Source: Clostridiales bacterium (lineage in GTDB: Bacteria > Bacillota > Clostridia > Saccharofermentanales > Saccharofermentanaceae). Taken from it: 64,000 nucleotides of DNA. Within the stretch, counting starts at the first letter, position 1; each line of letters starts with the position of its first letter. The stretch lies in NCBI GenBank assembly GCA_017451265.1, contig JAFSPU010000010.1:6818-70817 (forward strand), in the 5' to 3' direction. The position numbers and the translations under genes were made by a program. The notes under the pieces were generated by a model. The model searched no databases. It saw nothing but the letters and a program-made list of their open reading frames with translations, and had not been told where the DNA came from. Below are positions 27,481-37,682 of the stretch, piece by piece.

Positions 27481-28116
27481 TCAGTCAACGGGAGTCCTGA
27501 TAAGCGCCGTGCCTTCCTTTACTGCCGCCACGCGTCCGAAGCTTCTGTCCTCCACGAACTTCATAAGTTCCTCGCCCTTAACCGCAGGACACGTCACCTT
27601 AAGCACCACGTTCTCGCCGTACTCGGGCTCTTTCACGTCCCACCCTGAAGTGGTGAGCGCATACACAAGCTTCTCGCTCATGTCATAGCCCACGGTCATG
27701 GAGTAGATCTCGCCGTCAGTAACGCGTACCATCCCGGAATCTCCTGCAGCAGCTGAAGCCGCGTCGGTATAAGCGCGCACAAGACCTCCTTTGCCCAGGA
27801 GGATGCCTCCGAAATAGCGGGTGACCGTGATGACCGCATTATTTATCTCGCGCTTCTCGAGCACGTTAAGGATCGGCATGCCGCCTGTGCCTGAGGGCTC
27901 GCCGTCATCGCTGTATTTTTGCATGAAAGCCTCACCGGAAACGCGCCAGGCATAGCACACGTGCCTTGCGTCGGGGTACTCGGCCCTGATCTGCGCCACA
28001 AAAGCCTCAGCCCCGGCTGCCGTGCTGACCTCGCATGAGTTTCCTATGAAAACGGACTTACTTATCTCTATCCTGGACTGTCCCGCGCGGGCAAAGGTAA
28101 TGAAGGAGTCTGCCAA
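27481..28116 (-). CDS. yigZ: YigZ/IMPACT family protein
   Basis: SDDGEPSGTGG, RYFGGILLGKGGLVRAY. Confidence 0.95.
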   Translation of the reverse strand: MADSFITFARAGQSRIEISKSVFIGNSCEVSTAAGAEAFVAQIRAEYPDARHVCYAWRVSGEAFMQKYSDDGEPSGTGGMPILNVLEKREINNAVITVTRYFGGILLGKGGLVRAYTDAASAAAGDSGMVRVTDGEIYSMTVGYDMSEKLVYALTTSGWDVKEPEYGENVVLKVTCPAVKGEELMKFVEDRSFGRVAAVKEGTALIRTPVD

Positions 28117-28118
28117 GC

Positions 28119-28532
28119 TTAAGTTAACTCCTTGTACTTCTGGTAAGCCATAAGAAGCAGGGACTTGTCCTGGCTGTAGGTGACCTTGTTCATGGCCGCA
28201 GACACGTCAAAGAACTTGGCATTAAGGATGTTCTCCTCGGTGTTGGGCTCGGTCTTGGTGTCCTCAGCCTTCATTATGAACCACGAAATATTATTATGAA
28301 CCGGCTTCCTTCTGGAGATGGAATAGAACTCGTAATGAGTCTTGCCGCAGGGTGCGACGACCTTGGCGTCAATGCCCGTCTCGAGCTTAACGCGCCTTAC
28401 TACTACCTCGGTTATCTTCTGGTTAACTCTAATAACGCCCTTGGGGAAAGCCCACTCGTGCTTGTCGTTCTCAATCATGAGGACCTTGTCCCCGTAAAAC
28501 ACGATTCCTCCCGTACAGTTTCTGATAAGCAT
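28119..28532 (-). CDS. NUDIX hydrolase
   Basis: WAFPKG...RVKLETG, variant Nudix box. Confidence 0.8.
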   Translation of the reverse strand: MLIRNCTGGIVFYGDKVLMIENDKHEWAFPKGVIRVNQKITEVVVRRVKLETGIDAKVVAPCGKTHYEFYSISRRKPVHNNISWFIMKAEDTKTEPNTEENILNAKFFDVSAAMNKVTYSQDKSLLLMAYQKYKELT

Positions 28533-28614
28533 AAGCGTTACCTCGTATTTAAAAGTTAAAGTTATTTTATCATTAAATAATGTACTTTTTATTAATTAAT
28601 GTATAATTTCTATT

Positions 28615-29982
28615 ATGATTAATCACGACCGCAGATACGACACATCTGACTTTATGAGAAGAGAGCGAGGAGGCTACTCAGGGAAGCACATTGAGGCCCT
28701 GCAGAAGCTTTTCGTTACGCTCGGAGTGAGCGCTGTCGTTCTGGGCCTCGTTTTTCTGGGCATGCTCATAGGCCGCAAGAGGACCGCAGAAGACCTCTCG
28801 GACGAGAGCAACAACATCGTCGGCATCGCATCGCTTGACGGCACTTACGAGACGACTACTGCCACAGAACCCTATGTAATCACAGAATATCTCGAGGATT
28901 CCGCTGCCGCCCTCGCAATGTGGGGCCCGCTGGAGCCCGCTGCCAACCCCGTCCCTTACGAGCACTTCCCTGTAAGAGGCATCTACCTTGGCCCCGCTTC
29001 CAACCTGGAGGAGTGCTTCGAGCTTGCTGAGAACTCTCAGATCAACACGTTCGTCATCGATCTCAAGGAGCAGGACGGCGTGCTTTACGACACCACCAAC
29101 GAGCTCGCACTCGAAACTTCAGTGGTTTACGGCTACTACAACCTTTCCGAGGTCGTTGAGCAGTGCCACGAGCACGGCATCAGGGTTATCGGACGCATCG
29201 TGTGCTTCAAGGACCCGAACCTCGCGGCTGCGCACCCCGAGAGAGCCATCCGCGACAGCGCAGGCAATGTTCTGCAGTTTAATTCCGAGGGTGGACGCGC
29301 CTTCCTGGACCCTTACAACGCTGACAACTGGGAGTACCTGATCCAGCTTGCAGAGGAAGCCATCGGCAGAGGCGTCGATGAGATCCAGTTCGACTATATA
29401 AGATTCCCCACAGGCGGTACGGTTTCCGGCACCGAGCCTTATTTCGGCGTGGAGGGCACAGTCCCTGAGAAGACCGAGGCCATCAACCGCTTCGTAAGAA
29501 CCGCACGCGTACGAATCCAGGACACACTCGGCGTACCGATGTCTGCTGACGTTTTCGGCATTATTCTTACTTCCGAGTACGACGGCCGTAACCTGGGCCA
29601 GGACTGGATGACGGTAGGCCTTGCGGGCGAAGACTCCGTCTGCCCAATGATCTACCCTTCCCACTACGCGCTCGGCACCATGATCGGCGGCATCACTTTC
29701 GACAAGCCCGATCTGTACCCTTACGACATGATGATCGCGTCCCTGTCCGCGGGAAGCTCGGCCTGGTACCAGGAGGGCTACTGCACGGTTCGCCCTTATG
29801 TGCAGGCTTTCACGGCTTATTACCTGGGCGAGGGCAATTATCTTGAATACGACTACGACGCCATAAACGCCCAGATAAGAGCCATTCAGGACATGCGTCT
29901 GGACGAATATATCCTTTGGAATGCCTCCGTTATCTACCCTGAGGGAAATTATGGGGGCAATGATGACCCCGAAGATGTATAA
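28615..29982 (+). CDS. Putative glycoside hydrolase (DUF4015-like), membrane anchored
   Basis: VRGIY, VIDLKE, RIVCFKDP, DEIQFDYIRFP, PMIYPSHY. Confidence 0.85.
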   Translation: MINHDRRYDTSDFMRRERGGYSGKHIEALQKLFVTLGVSAVVLGLVFLGMLIGRKRTAEDLSDESNNIVGIASLDGTYETTTATEPYVITEYLEDSAAALAMWGPLEPAANPVPYEHFPVRGIYLGPASNLEECFELAENSQINTFVIDLKEQDGVLYDTTNELALETSVVYGYYNLSEVVEQCHEHGIRVIGRIVCFKDPNLAAAHPERAIRDSAGNVLQFNSEGGRAFLDPYNADNWEYLIQLAEEAIGRGVDEIQFDYIRFPTGGTVSGTEPYFGVEGTVPEKTEAINRFVRTARVRIQDTLGVPMSADVFGIILTSEYDGRNLGQDWMTVGLAGEDSVCPMIYPSHYALGTMIGGITFDKPDLYPYDMMIASLSAGSSAWYQEGYCTVRPYVQAFTAYYLGEGNYLEYDYDAINAQIRAIQDMRLDEYILWNASVIYPEGNYGGNDDPEDV

Positions 29983-30028
29983 TAGGTTGTTTCTAAATAA
30001 GAGTAATTAATAATTATCGGAGGAAAAT

Positions 30029-31318
30029 ATGTTAGACATTAAACTTCTGAGAACCGAGCCTGACATCGTCAGAGAGAATATCAAGAAGAAGTTTCAGGAT
30101 GAGAAGCTCCCCCTTGTAGATGAGGTCATCGCGCTGGATAAGGAATTCAGAGAGGCTAAGCAGAGAGCTGAGGCGCTCCGCAATAAGCGTAACGTAGTCT
30201 CCAAGGAGATCGGTATGCTCATGGGCCAGGGCAAAAAGGACGAAGCCATGGCAAAGAAGACTGAGGTCACAGACATGGCAGCCGAGCTCGAGGCACTGTC
30301 CGTTAAGGAGACAGAGCTTGAGGCCGAGATCAGAAAGAGAATGCTCGTAATCCCTAACATCATCGATCCTTCCGTACCTATCGGCAAGGACGACTCCGAG
30401 AATGTTGAGATCGAAAGATTCGGCGAGCCCTTCGTACCTGAGTTCGAGGTTCCCTATCACGTTGACATCATGGAGAAGCTTGACGGTATCGAGCTTGACC
30501 CTGCGCGTGACACATCCGGTAACGGCTTCTATTACCTGAAGGGCGACATCGCAAGACTTCACTCCGCATGCCTTTCCTATGCTAGAGACTTCATGATCGA
30601 TCGCGGCTTTACATACTATATCCCGCCTTACATGATCAGATCTTCCGTAGTAACGGGAGTTATGTCCTTCGCAGAGATGGAGAACATGATGTATAAGATC
30701 GAGGGCGAGGACCTGTATCTCATCGGTACATCCGAGCACTCCATGATCGGTAAGTTCATCGACACTATTACAGAGGAGTCTAAGCTTCCTCAGACTCTTA
30801 CTTCCTACTCTCCCTGCTTCCGTAAGGAAGTCGGTGCTCACGGCATCGAGGAGAGAGGCGTATACCGCATCCACCAGTTCGAGAAGCAGGAGATGATCGT
30901 CGTCTGCAAGCCTGAGGATTCCAAGAAGTGGTATGACGTTCTGTGGAAGAATACAGTAGATTACTTCAGATCTTTGGATGTTCCTGTAAGAACACTCGAG
31001 TGCTGCTCCGGTGACCTTGCTGACCTGAAGGTTAAGTCCTGCGACGTAGAGGCATGGTCTCCCCGTCAGAAGAAGTACTTCGAGGTAGGTTCCTGCTCCA
31101 ACCTGGGCGATGCTCAGGCTAGAAGACTTAAGATCCGTATCAAGGGCGAGAACGGCACATACCTTGCGCATACGCTTAACAACACATGCGTAGCTCCGCC
31201 GAGAATGCTCATCGCACTGCTTGAGAACAATCTCAATGAGGACGGCTCCATCAGGATTCCTGAGTCATTGAGGCCTTACATGGGCGGCAAGTCGGTTATT
31301 GAGGTTCCGGAGAAGTAA
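30029..31318 (+). CDS. serS: Serine--tRNA ligase
   Basis: GTSEH, CFRKEVG, RIHQFEKQE, HTLNNT; N-terminal coiled coil. Confidence 0.98.
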   Translation: MLDIKLLRTEPDIVRENIKKKFQDEKLPLVDEVIALDKEFREAKQRAEALRNKRNVVSKEIGMLMGQGKKDEAMAKKTEVTDMAAELEALSVKETELEAEIRKRMLVIPNIIDPSVPIGKDDSENVEIERFGEPFVPEFEVPYHVDIMEKLDGIELDPARDTSGNGFYYLKGDIARLHSACLSYARDFMIDRGFTYYIPPYMIRSSVVTGVMSFAEMENMMYKIEGEDLYLIGTSEHSMIGKFIDTITEESKLPQTLTSYSPCFRKEVGAHGIEERGVYRIHQFEKQEMIVVCKPEDSKKWYDVLWKNTVDYFRSLDVPVRTLECCSGDLADLKVKSCDVEAWSPRQKKYFEVGSCSNLGDAQARRLKIRIKGENGTYLAHTLNNTCVAPPRMLIALLENNLNEDGSIRIPESLRPYMGGKSVIEVPEK

Positions 31319-31382
31319 AGAAGCACTATATTAATTATCTTCTCAGTAGCATATTAAAAGGTAATATCAAGACACTATAATT

Positions 31383-32852
31383 ATGACCAAAATTACCAGT
31401 CGAAATGTAATAACTAATATGCTATGGCGATTCTTCGAAAGAACCGGTGCTCAATTTGTAACTCTCTTAGTTACGGTTCTTATAGCTAGAGTTCTTGAAC
31501 CAGAGTTATATGGAAAAGTTGCATTAATATCAGTACTGATAGTTATCTTACAGGTGTTTGTAGATGCAGGTCTAGGAACTGCATTAATACAGAAGAAAGA
31601 TCCTGATGATTTGGATTACTCTTCTGTATTTTATTTTAATATAGTATTCTGTGTTGTTGCATACGCTATGTTCTATGCAATCGTGCCGTTTATTACCAAT
31701 TATTATCAAATGCCCGACTTAATCCCCGCAATGAGAGTTAGTGGGTTAACTATAGTTATCTCAGGCATAAAAAATGTTCAACAAGCCTATGTGTCTAAGA
31801 ACTTACTGTTCAAGAAGTTCTTCTTCTCCACCCTAAGTGGTACTATTATTGCAGGAATTGTTGGTATAACTCTAGCTTATTCCGGTTTTGGAACATGGGC
31901 ATTGGTTATTCAAGACTTAACGAACAAAGCCATAGATACTATTGTGTTATGGGGTACAGTAAAATGGCGACCTAAAAAGCTATTCTCATTTGTACGATTG
32001 AAATCTTTATTGTCTTACGGATGGAAGATGTTTGCTTCTGGGATTTTGGATACTACCTATAATGAGATACGTCAATTAATAATTGGAAAAAAATATTCGA
32101 CAGAAGATTTAGCTTTTTACAACCAAGGTGTAAAGTATCCACGCTTCGTTGTATTAAATTTGAATACGGCAATTGATAGTGTGCTTTTGCCATCTATGTC
32201 TGAGTACCAAAACGATATGGCTATCGTTAAAGAAATGACTAGAAAGGCTATTAAGATTAGTACGTTTGTTACAATGCCTCTGATGTGTGGTCTAGCTGTT
32301 TGTTCAGATTTTTTGGTTAAACATATCCTAACTGACAAATGGCTGCCAGCAGTTCCCTATATAAGAATTTTCTGTATAACGTATGCTTTTTATGTAATAC
32401 ATACTGCAAATCTCAATGCTATTAAAGCCGTGGGAAGAAGTGATATCCATTTGAAACTAGAATTTACTAAAATATTTGTTGGTTTAGCTATTCTTCTATC
32501 AACTATGTGGCACGGTGTAATGGGCATAGCATTAGGAGGTATCGTCAGTAGTTTTGCAAGCCAAATAATAAATGCATGGCCAAACAAAAAACTACTAAAT
32601 TATGGCTATGTCGAACAAATAATCGATATTGTGCCTAATCTAATTGTTTCTTTGATTATGGGTGGAACAATCTATATTATGTCCTATCTTCCATTAGGAG
32701 GATGGTTATTGTTCGCTTTACAAGTGATAATTGGTGTTATCGTATACCTATTGTTTTCCTATTTGTTTAGAATCGACAGCCTTTCAATCTGTTATAATAT
32801 ACTGGTGTCTTTTACTAAGAAAAAGCAGGTAAAATGCAATGAACAACAGTAA
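31383..32852 (+). CDS. wzx: Wzx flippase (lipopolysaccharide biosynthesis protein family)
   Basis: DAGLGTALIQKK, IIGKKYS..DLAFY; many TM segments. Confidence 0.9.
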   Translation: MTKITSRNVITNMLWRFFERTGAQFVTLLVTVLIARVLEPELYGKVALISVLIVILQVFVDAGLGTALIQKKDPDDLDYSSVFYFNIVFCVVAYAMFYAIVPFITNYYQMPDLIPAMRVSGLTIVISGIKNVQQAYVSKNLLFKKFFFSTLSGTIIAGIVGITLAYSGFGTWALVIQDLTNKAIDTIVLWGTVKWRPKKLFSFVRLKSLLSYGWKMFASGILDTTYNEIRQLIIGKKYSTEDLAFYNQGVKYPRFVVLNLNTAIDSVLLPSMSEYQNDMAIVKEMTRKAIKISTFVTMPLMCGLAVCSDFLVKHILTDKWLPAVPYIRIFCITYAFYVIHTANLNAIKAVGRSDIHLKLEFTKIFVGLAILLSTMWHGVMGIALGGIVSSFASQIINAWPNKKLLNYGYVEQIIDIVPNLIVSLIMGGTIYIMSYLPLGGWLLFALQVIIGVIVYLLFSYLFRIDSLSICYNILVSFTKKKQVKCNEQQ

Positions 32853-34101
32853 TTCTCCTGTACACAAACCAAAAATGCAACTTAGCCAAAAGGTTTGTAG
32901 CATCCCTGAAGCCCTTTCTGTCTACATAAATAATGTTGTATATGAGATGAAAAGACGAGGAGAAGAATTATGTGTCCTTTCTCTCGGAGAAGCCTTTTTT
33001 GATATTCCTATGTTCTCATTTGATGATATAGATTTTAAAAAAGGGTACCATTATTCTGAAAGCAGAGGTTTATATGAATTAAGACATATATTATCGAAGT
33101 ATTACAATAATCGTTATAATGCATCCATTGACCCTGATAGCGATTTGATTATATCAGCTGGATCCAAACCTCTAATCTACATGGCATTTCAGGCTGTATT
33201 AAACGCTGGAGATGAAGTTCTAATTCATGAACCAGCGTGGTTAAGTTATCCTGAAGAAATAAAACTTGCAGAGGGAGTTCCTGTCTTTATTCCATTTGAT
33301 TGTGGTGTTGATTCAATTGAAAAGTATATTACAAACAAAACAAAAATGATTGTAATATGTAACCCCAATAATCCTGCAGGTAAAGTCTATTCTAGAAATG
33401 AACTTGAATTCCTCTATAAGTTATGTCGACCACGTGGTATTTATATCCTCGTAGATGAAGCATATAGCGATTTTTTGGATAATGACTTGTTTTGTTCTAT
33501 GACATCTATAGTTCCTGACAAAGATGGTATCATCGTAGTTAATTCATTATCAAAAAACATGGGCATATCAGGTTGGAGAATTGGATATGCAATATCATCA
33601 GATGATGTGATTTACAACATGTTGAAACTCAATCAACATCTGATTACATGCCCATCAACATTATTGCTTTTGTATATTTCTAAGCACTTTGATGAAATGC
33701 TTGATATTACTTTGCCACAGGCTCAGGAAGTAGTAAGGAAACGTGAAACTATAAATCAATATTGTAAAAGCATTGGTCTCATTCCACTTGACGGTACATC
33801 GACATTTTACCTTTTTATTAACATAGCTGATTACAAATATTCATCTCTAGATTTGGCATTATATTTATTAACTAAGTACCATATATCTGTTGTTCCAGGA
33901 CTCGCGTATGGTAACAGCACTGAGAGATTTATTCGAATTAGTGTAGGCACTGAGAATATTGATGACATAAAAAGATCATTGGATCTAATCAAACAAATCA
34001 TTATGAACGATGAGATAGATAAGAATTATATCAATGATACACTTACTGAATTGAAGATGAATCATTTCAGTTCAGATTGTCAGCACATGGACGGTAATTA
34101 A
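32839..34101 (+). CDS. PLP-dependent class I/II aminotransferase
   Basis: CNPNNPAG, VDEAY, SLSKNMGISGWRIGY. Confidence 0.9.
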   Translation: MNNSNSPVHKPKMQLSQKVCSIPEALSVYINNVVYEMKRRGEELCVLSLGEAFFDIPMFSFDDIDFKKGYHYSESRGLYELRHILSKYYNNRYNASIDPDSDLIISAGSKPLIYMAFQAVLNAGDEVLIHEPAWLSYPEEIKLAEGVPVFIPFDCGVDSIEKYITNKTKMIVICNPNNPAGKVYSRNELEFLYKLCRPRGIYILVDEAYSDFLDNDLFCSMTSIVPDKDGIIVVNSLSKNMGISGWRIGYAISSDDVIYNMLKLNQHLITCPSTLLLLYISKHFDEMLDITLPQAQEVVRKRETINQYCKSIGLIPLDGTSTFYLFINIADYKYSSLDLALYLLTKYHISVVPGLAYGNSTERFIRISVGTENIDDIKRSLDLIKQIIMNDEIDKNYINDTLTELKMNHFSSDCQHMDGN

Positions 34102-35307
34102 ATGGGGAATAATATTCTAGTAATGCCAGGAACCTATTGGGTAATGGCTCTTTGTAAAAGAATAAAAGAATTGGGGCATCGTATTCTATTAGTTGATCCC
34201 AATGAGAATTGCCCTTGTAGAATATATGCTGATAAATATCTAAATTCAGATATTTTTGATTGGGATTCCGTCATAACATTCGCTAAAGATAACCATGCAG
34301 AAGCAATTCTATCCGATGAATGTGATATTGCTATGAGTATGATTTCGAAAGTTGGAGAGCATCTCGGATTATCGGTTCAGAATTCAAATGTAGTACGCTA
34401 TTTTACGAATAAATACATGATGAGAGAATTGTGCAAAATTAATGGTATTAATCATCCTGAATACCAACTTTGCAAAACTAAAGAAGAAGCGATATCATTT
34501 TTCACCAGTCTTAATAAACCTATCATAATAAAGCCAATTGATAGCAATGCAAGTCACGGTGTTTTTAAAATCGAGTCCATAGAAGATATAGTTACAAACT
34601 TTGATGAATCATTGTCTTACTCAAGAATTATAAAAGCGGTATTAGCAGAGCGTTATATATGCGGAAGAGAATTCACTATTGATGGAATTAAAACTCCGAG
34701 TCAACATTATACTTTAGCTATCAGTAAAAAAGATCATTATAAGCATAATCCAAATATAGCTAATGAACTCTATTTCTCGCATGATGATCCAGAGTTTGAT
34801 TATGATAAGCTGAAAACAATAAATGATAAATATATACTTGTTTCTGGTTTGGAATATGGTTTCACTCACGCAGAGTACAAGTATGAGGATGGTAATTTTT
34901 ATCTGATTGAGATTGCATCAAGGGGCGGAGGCAATATGATCTCGTCACTTATAACACAATACATGTCAGGTTACCAAACATATGACTTTCTTATAAACTC
35001 TGCTCTTGGTCGTTTTGATAATTCTGACTTTTCTATTAGAAATGAATACAAAAACAGATGTTCCGTACTGAAATTCTTTGATACACCTAAAGGTGGTGGG
35101 ATTGTTAAGAAAATAATTGGCGAGGATTACCTAAAGTCATGTTCTGAAATAAAGGAGTATCAACTACATTTCAAAATTGGTGATAAAATAGAGAACTGTA
35201 AAAATGACTCAGTAAGAATAGGCTTTTATATTGCTTGTGCTGGAACAAGAGAAAAACTTGATAGAATAATAATGGATATAGATTCATCTTTTAAAATCAT
35301 AACATAA
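34102..35307 (+). CDS. ATP-grasp ligase
   Basis: TNKYMMR, IIKPIDSNASHGV, ERYICGREFT, HAEYK, LIEIASRGGG. Confidence 0.9.
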   Translation: MGNNILVMPGTYWVMALCKRIKELGHRILLVDPNENCPCRIYADKYLNSDIFDWDSVITFAKDNHAEAILSDECDIAMSMISKVGEHLGLSVQNSNVVRYFTNKYMMRELCKINGINHPEYQLCKTKEEAISFFTSLNKPIIIKPIDSNASHGVFKIESIEDIVTNFDESLSYSRIIKAVLAERYICGREFTIDGIKTPSQHYTLAISKKDHYKHNPNIANELYFSHDDPEFDYDKLKTINDKYILVSGLEYGFTHAEYKYEDGNFYLIEIASRGGGNMISSLITQYMSGYQTYDFLINSALGRFDNSDFSIRNEYKNRCSVLKFFDTPKGGGIVKKIIGEDYLKSCSEIKEYQLHFKIGDKIENCKNDSVRIGFYIACAGTREKLDRIIMDIDSSFKIIT

Positions 35308-35320
35308 TGCTGAGGGGAAT

Positions 35321-36940
35321 ATGGTTGTATCAATTGTATTAGATACTGAATATATGGGGGTATCAGAGCGTAATAAGTGGTTCCTAAAAGTCGTATCAAA
35401 TGCAATGAAAGAAGATACACTAATAGTAACTCATTCATATTTTAAAGACCATCTGAAAGAAGTTGTAGAAGGCTGCGAGAACAGGTTTTATGATGAGTTT
35501 GAAATGGATCGTGTTTTAGTCGAAGATATAAACAAATTGGATATCTGTTATATTCCGGATGAATGGTTTGACACAATATATGAAGAAGCAGGATCAAGAT
35601 CTAAACAACTAATATACTTATACAACAATAACGTCTACAAAATTGAGAAGTATATCGAGCTTTGTATTGATAATGCTTTAGAAAAGCGAAAAGAATTGAA
35701 ACCTGATTTCATATTCAACAGTCTTCATGTATTTGAATTCGTTAGGGCAATTTCGAGCCATTATGATTGTCCTATTATTCCATGGGTTTTTTCTGCAATA
35801 CGAAAAGTACATGGTTATTCTCAAACTCTCTATATGGCTCATATCGACGATAATCTGTTTAATAGTAAGGCTTGCGAGACGATGCTAAGTTGTGCAAAGT
35901 CTCAAGATTTGGGATATCAATTATTAAGTAAGAAAGAAATAATTGCTTTACTTGGAAAAAGACACAATATGGTATTGTTACCTCTACTTTCAAGAGAAGG
36001 TATTTATGATGTAGGGGTCGTTGGAGAAGGATATCACATCACTCCAGAAATATATCAGCATGATAATGTTACCGATGATGATCTGTATTATGAATGTAAA
36101 AAACTATTTGAATCAGGCTCTATAATTACGAGACAACACCCTATGCAGCTAGATAAAATAGGTATAGGTAGAAAACACATGAAAAATGATCCGGCCGCAT
36201 TCATTTTGAGCAGTAAAAGAGTTATAACTGTTCAATCACAAATGATTGTAAAAGCGGCTTTATGGAATCGTGCCCCTGTAGTGATGGGTAACGCATTACC
36301 TTATTCATGTTTGTTGAATAAAAATCTTGAAGATGCCATCCCAATTAATGATTACAAAATGAATTTTTTGTTATTTGCGTATTTTGTTCCTAACACTTGT
36401 ATGTTCAGTACAGAATACTGGAAATGGAGAATGAATAACCCGTCTATAACGGACATTATAGCGAGGCATCTTGATTCAATCCTATGTAATTTATCTATTC
36501 CTAAAAGCATCTTGCAAAGTAAAGAAGACAGAATCGAAAAGATACTTCAACATAGAGGATTTGGAACCGATGAAATCGAATCAATACTAACTGAAAGAAA
36601 TGCAGACGATGTACCTTTTGATTATCCTACATCATGTTTGAGGAGTGTAGACAGCAAAGGAAACACTAAATCGTTATATGCCCTCAATCATAAAAACAAT
36701 GGTACTATTCATTCTACATTTCAATTACCAGCAGACACTTTGAATTGTGAGTTTATTCCACAGTTTGATTTAGACGGGTATATTACGGTTCAATCAATAA
36801 AAATAGCAAATGAAGAAATACCTGTTGTTAAATATGAGCACTACTATAATAAAAACGAGTGTGTCATTTCTAATAATATCAATCAAAAACAATCATGTCA
36901 GTTCGAGGCAAAGTGGACCGTTAGATCATATGATTCATAA
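35321..36940 (+). CDS. GT99/KpsS-like (beta-Kdo-type) ulosonate transferase homolog, divergent
   Basis: RQHP, VITVQS..VKAALWNR..VVMG and NFLLFAYFVP...EYWKWR..PS...I..HL resemble the WbbB GT99 domain as recalled. Confidence 0.55.
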   Translation: MVVSIVLDTEYMGVSERNKWFLKVVSNAMKEDTLIVTHSYFKDHLKEVVEGCENRFYDEFEMDRVLVEDINKLDICYIPDEWFDTIYEEAGSRSKQLIYLYNNNVYKIEKYIELCIDNALEKRKELKPDFIFNSLHVFEFVRAISSHYDCPIIPWVFSAIRKVHGYSQTLYMAHIDDNLFNSKACETMLSCAKSQDLGYQLLSKKEIIALLGKRHNMVLLPLLSREGIYDVGVVGEGYHITPEIYQHDNVTDDDLYYECKKLFESGSIITRQHPMQLDKIGIGRKHMKNDPAAFILSSKRVITVQSQMIVKAALWNRAPVVMGNALPYSCLLNKNLEDAIPINDYKMNFLLFAYFVPNTCMFSTEYWKWRMNNPSITDIIARHLDSILCNLSIPKSILQSKEDRIEKILQHRGFGTDEIESILTERNADDVPFDYPTSCLRSVDSKGNTKSLYALNHKNNGTIHSTFQLPADTLNCEFIPQFDLDGYITVQSIKIANEEIPVVKYEHYYNKNECVISNNINQKQSCQFEAKWTVRSYDS

Positions 36941-36952
36941 GGAGAAACAATC

Positions 36953-37612
36953 ATGAAATCAGCATGCTTTATTCCAATCAAAGCAAATTCAGAAAGAGTT
37001 AAAGGTAAGAATTTACGAATTCTAAACGGAAAACCACTCTATATGTATATTGCTGAACATGTAAAAGAAGCGAATGTCTTTGACGATGTATTTATTGATA
37101 CAGACAGTCAAGAAATCGCTGAATACGCTAATACAATGGGATTCAAAGTAATAGAACGTCTTCCCGAACTATCACAGAACTCCGCTAATGGTAACGACCT
37201 TCTTATTCATCACTTCAAACTCTATCCAAACTATGATTTCTATTTTCAGTTATTTGCGACTGCTCCATATTTGCAACCAACAACGATACAAACTTGTTGG
37301 GAAAAAATAACTAATTCGACAGAATTTGATTCATGTTTTTCAGCAACTGAAAACCATGGTTTCTATTGGCTATCCGGCAATCCAGTTAATTACCGCCCTA
37401 CAATACTACCGCGTAGCCAGGATATGATACCCGTGATTGAAGAAACTACAGGTTTATATGGTATAGCAAGAGACTCTCTTGAAAAGTATCATTGCAGAAT
37501 AGGTAGAAACCCATATATTCATATTGTAAGTAAATTTGAAGCTGTAGATATTAATACTGAAGAAGATTGGGAAATTGCGGAATTTGTAGGAAAGATTATT
37601 TATGGTTTATAA
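36953..37612 (+). CDS. CMP-ulosonate (NeuA/KdsB-like) cytidylyltransferase
   Basis: IPIKANSERVKGKN, PRSQD, DINTEED. Confidence 0.88.
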   Translation: MKSACFIPIKANSERVKGKNLRILNGKPLYMYIAEHVKEANVFDDVFIDTDSQEIAEYANTMGFKVIERLPELSQNSANGNDLLIHHFKLYPNYDFYFQLFATAPYLQPTTIQTCWEKITNSTEFDSCFSATENHGFYWLSGNPVNYRPTILPRSQDMIPVIEETTGLYGIARDSLEKYHCRIGRNPYIHIVSKFEAVDINTEEDWEIAEFVGKIIYGL

Positions 37613-37682
37613 GGCATTCGAGAGTTTGCTATAAAGACTTAGTAGATCTTGATTTCTATTTCAATTATCATAGGTGTTTAAT

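Noticed and set aside
29983-30028. T-box riboswitch upstream of serS
   Set aside because: Intergenic gap is only 46 nt and has no T-box motif
30032-31171. 379-aa antisense ORF over serS (similarly 51326-52363, 58764-59750, 12404-13060, 24604-25296)
   Set aside because: Shadow ORFs expected from biased codon usage of the real genes; no recognisable motifs
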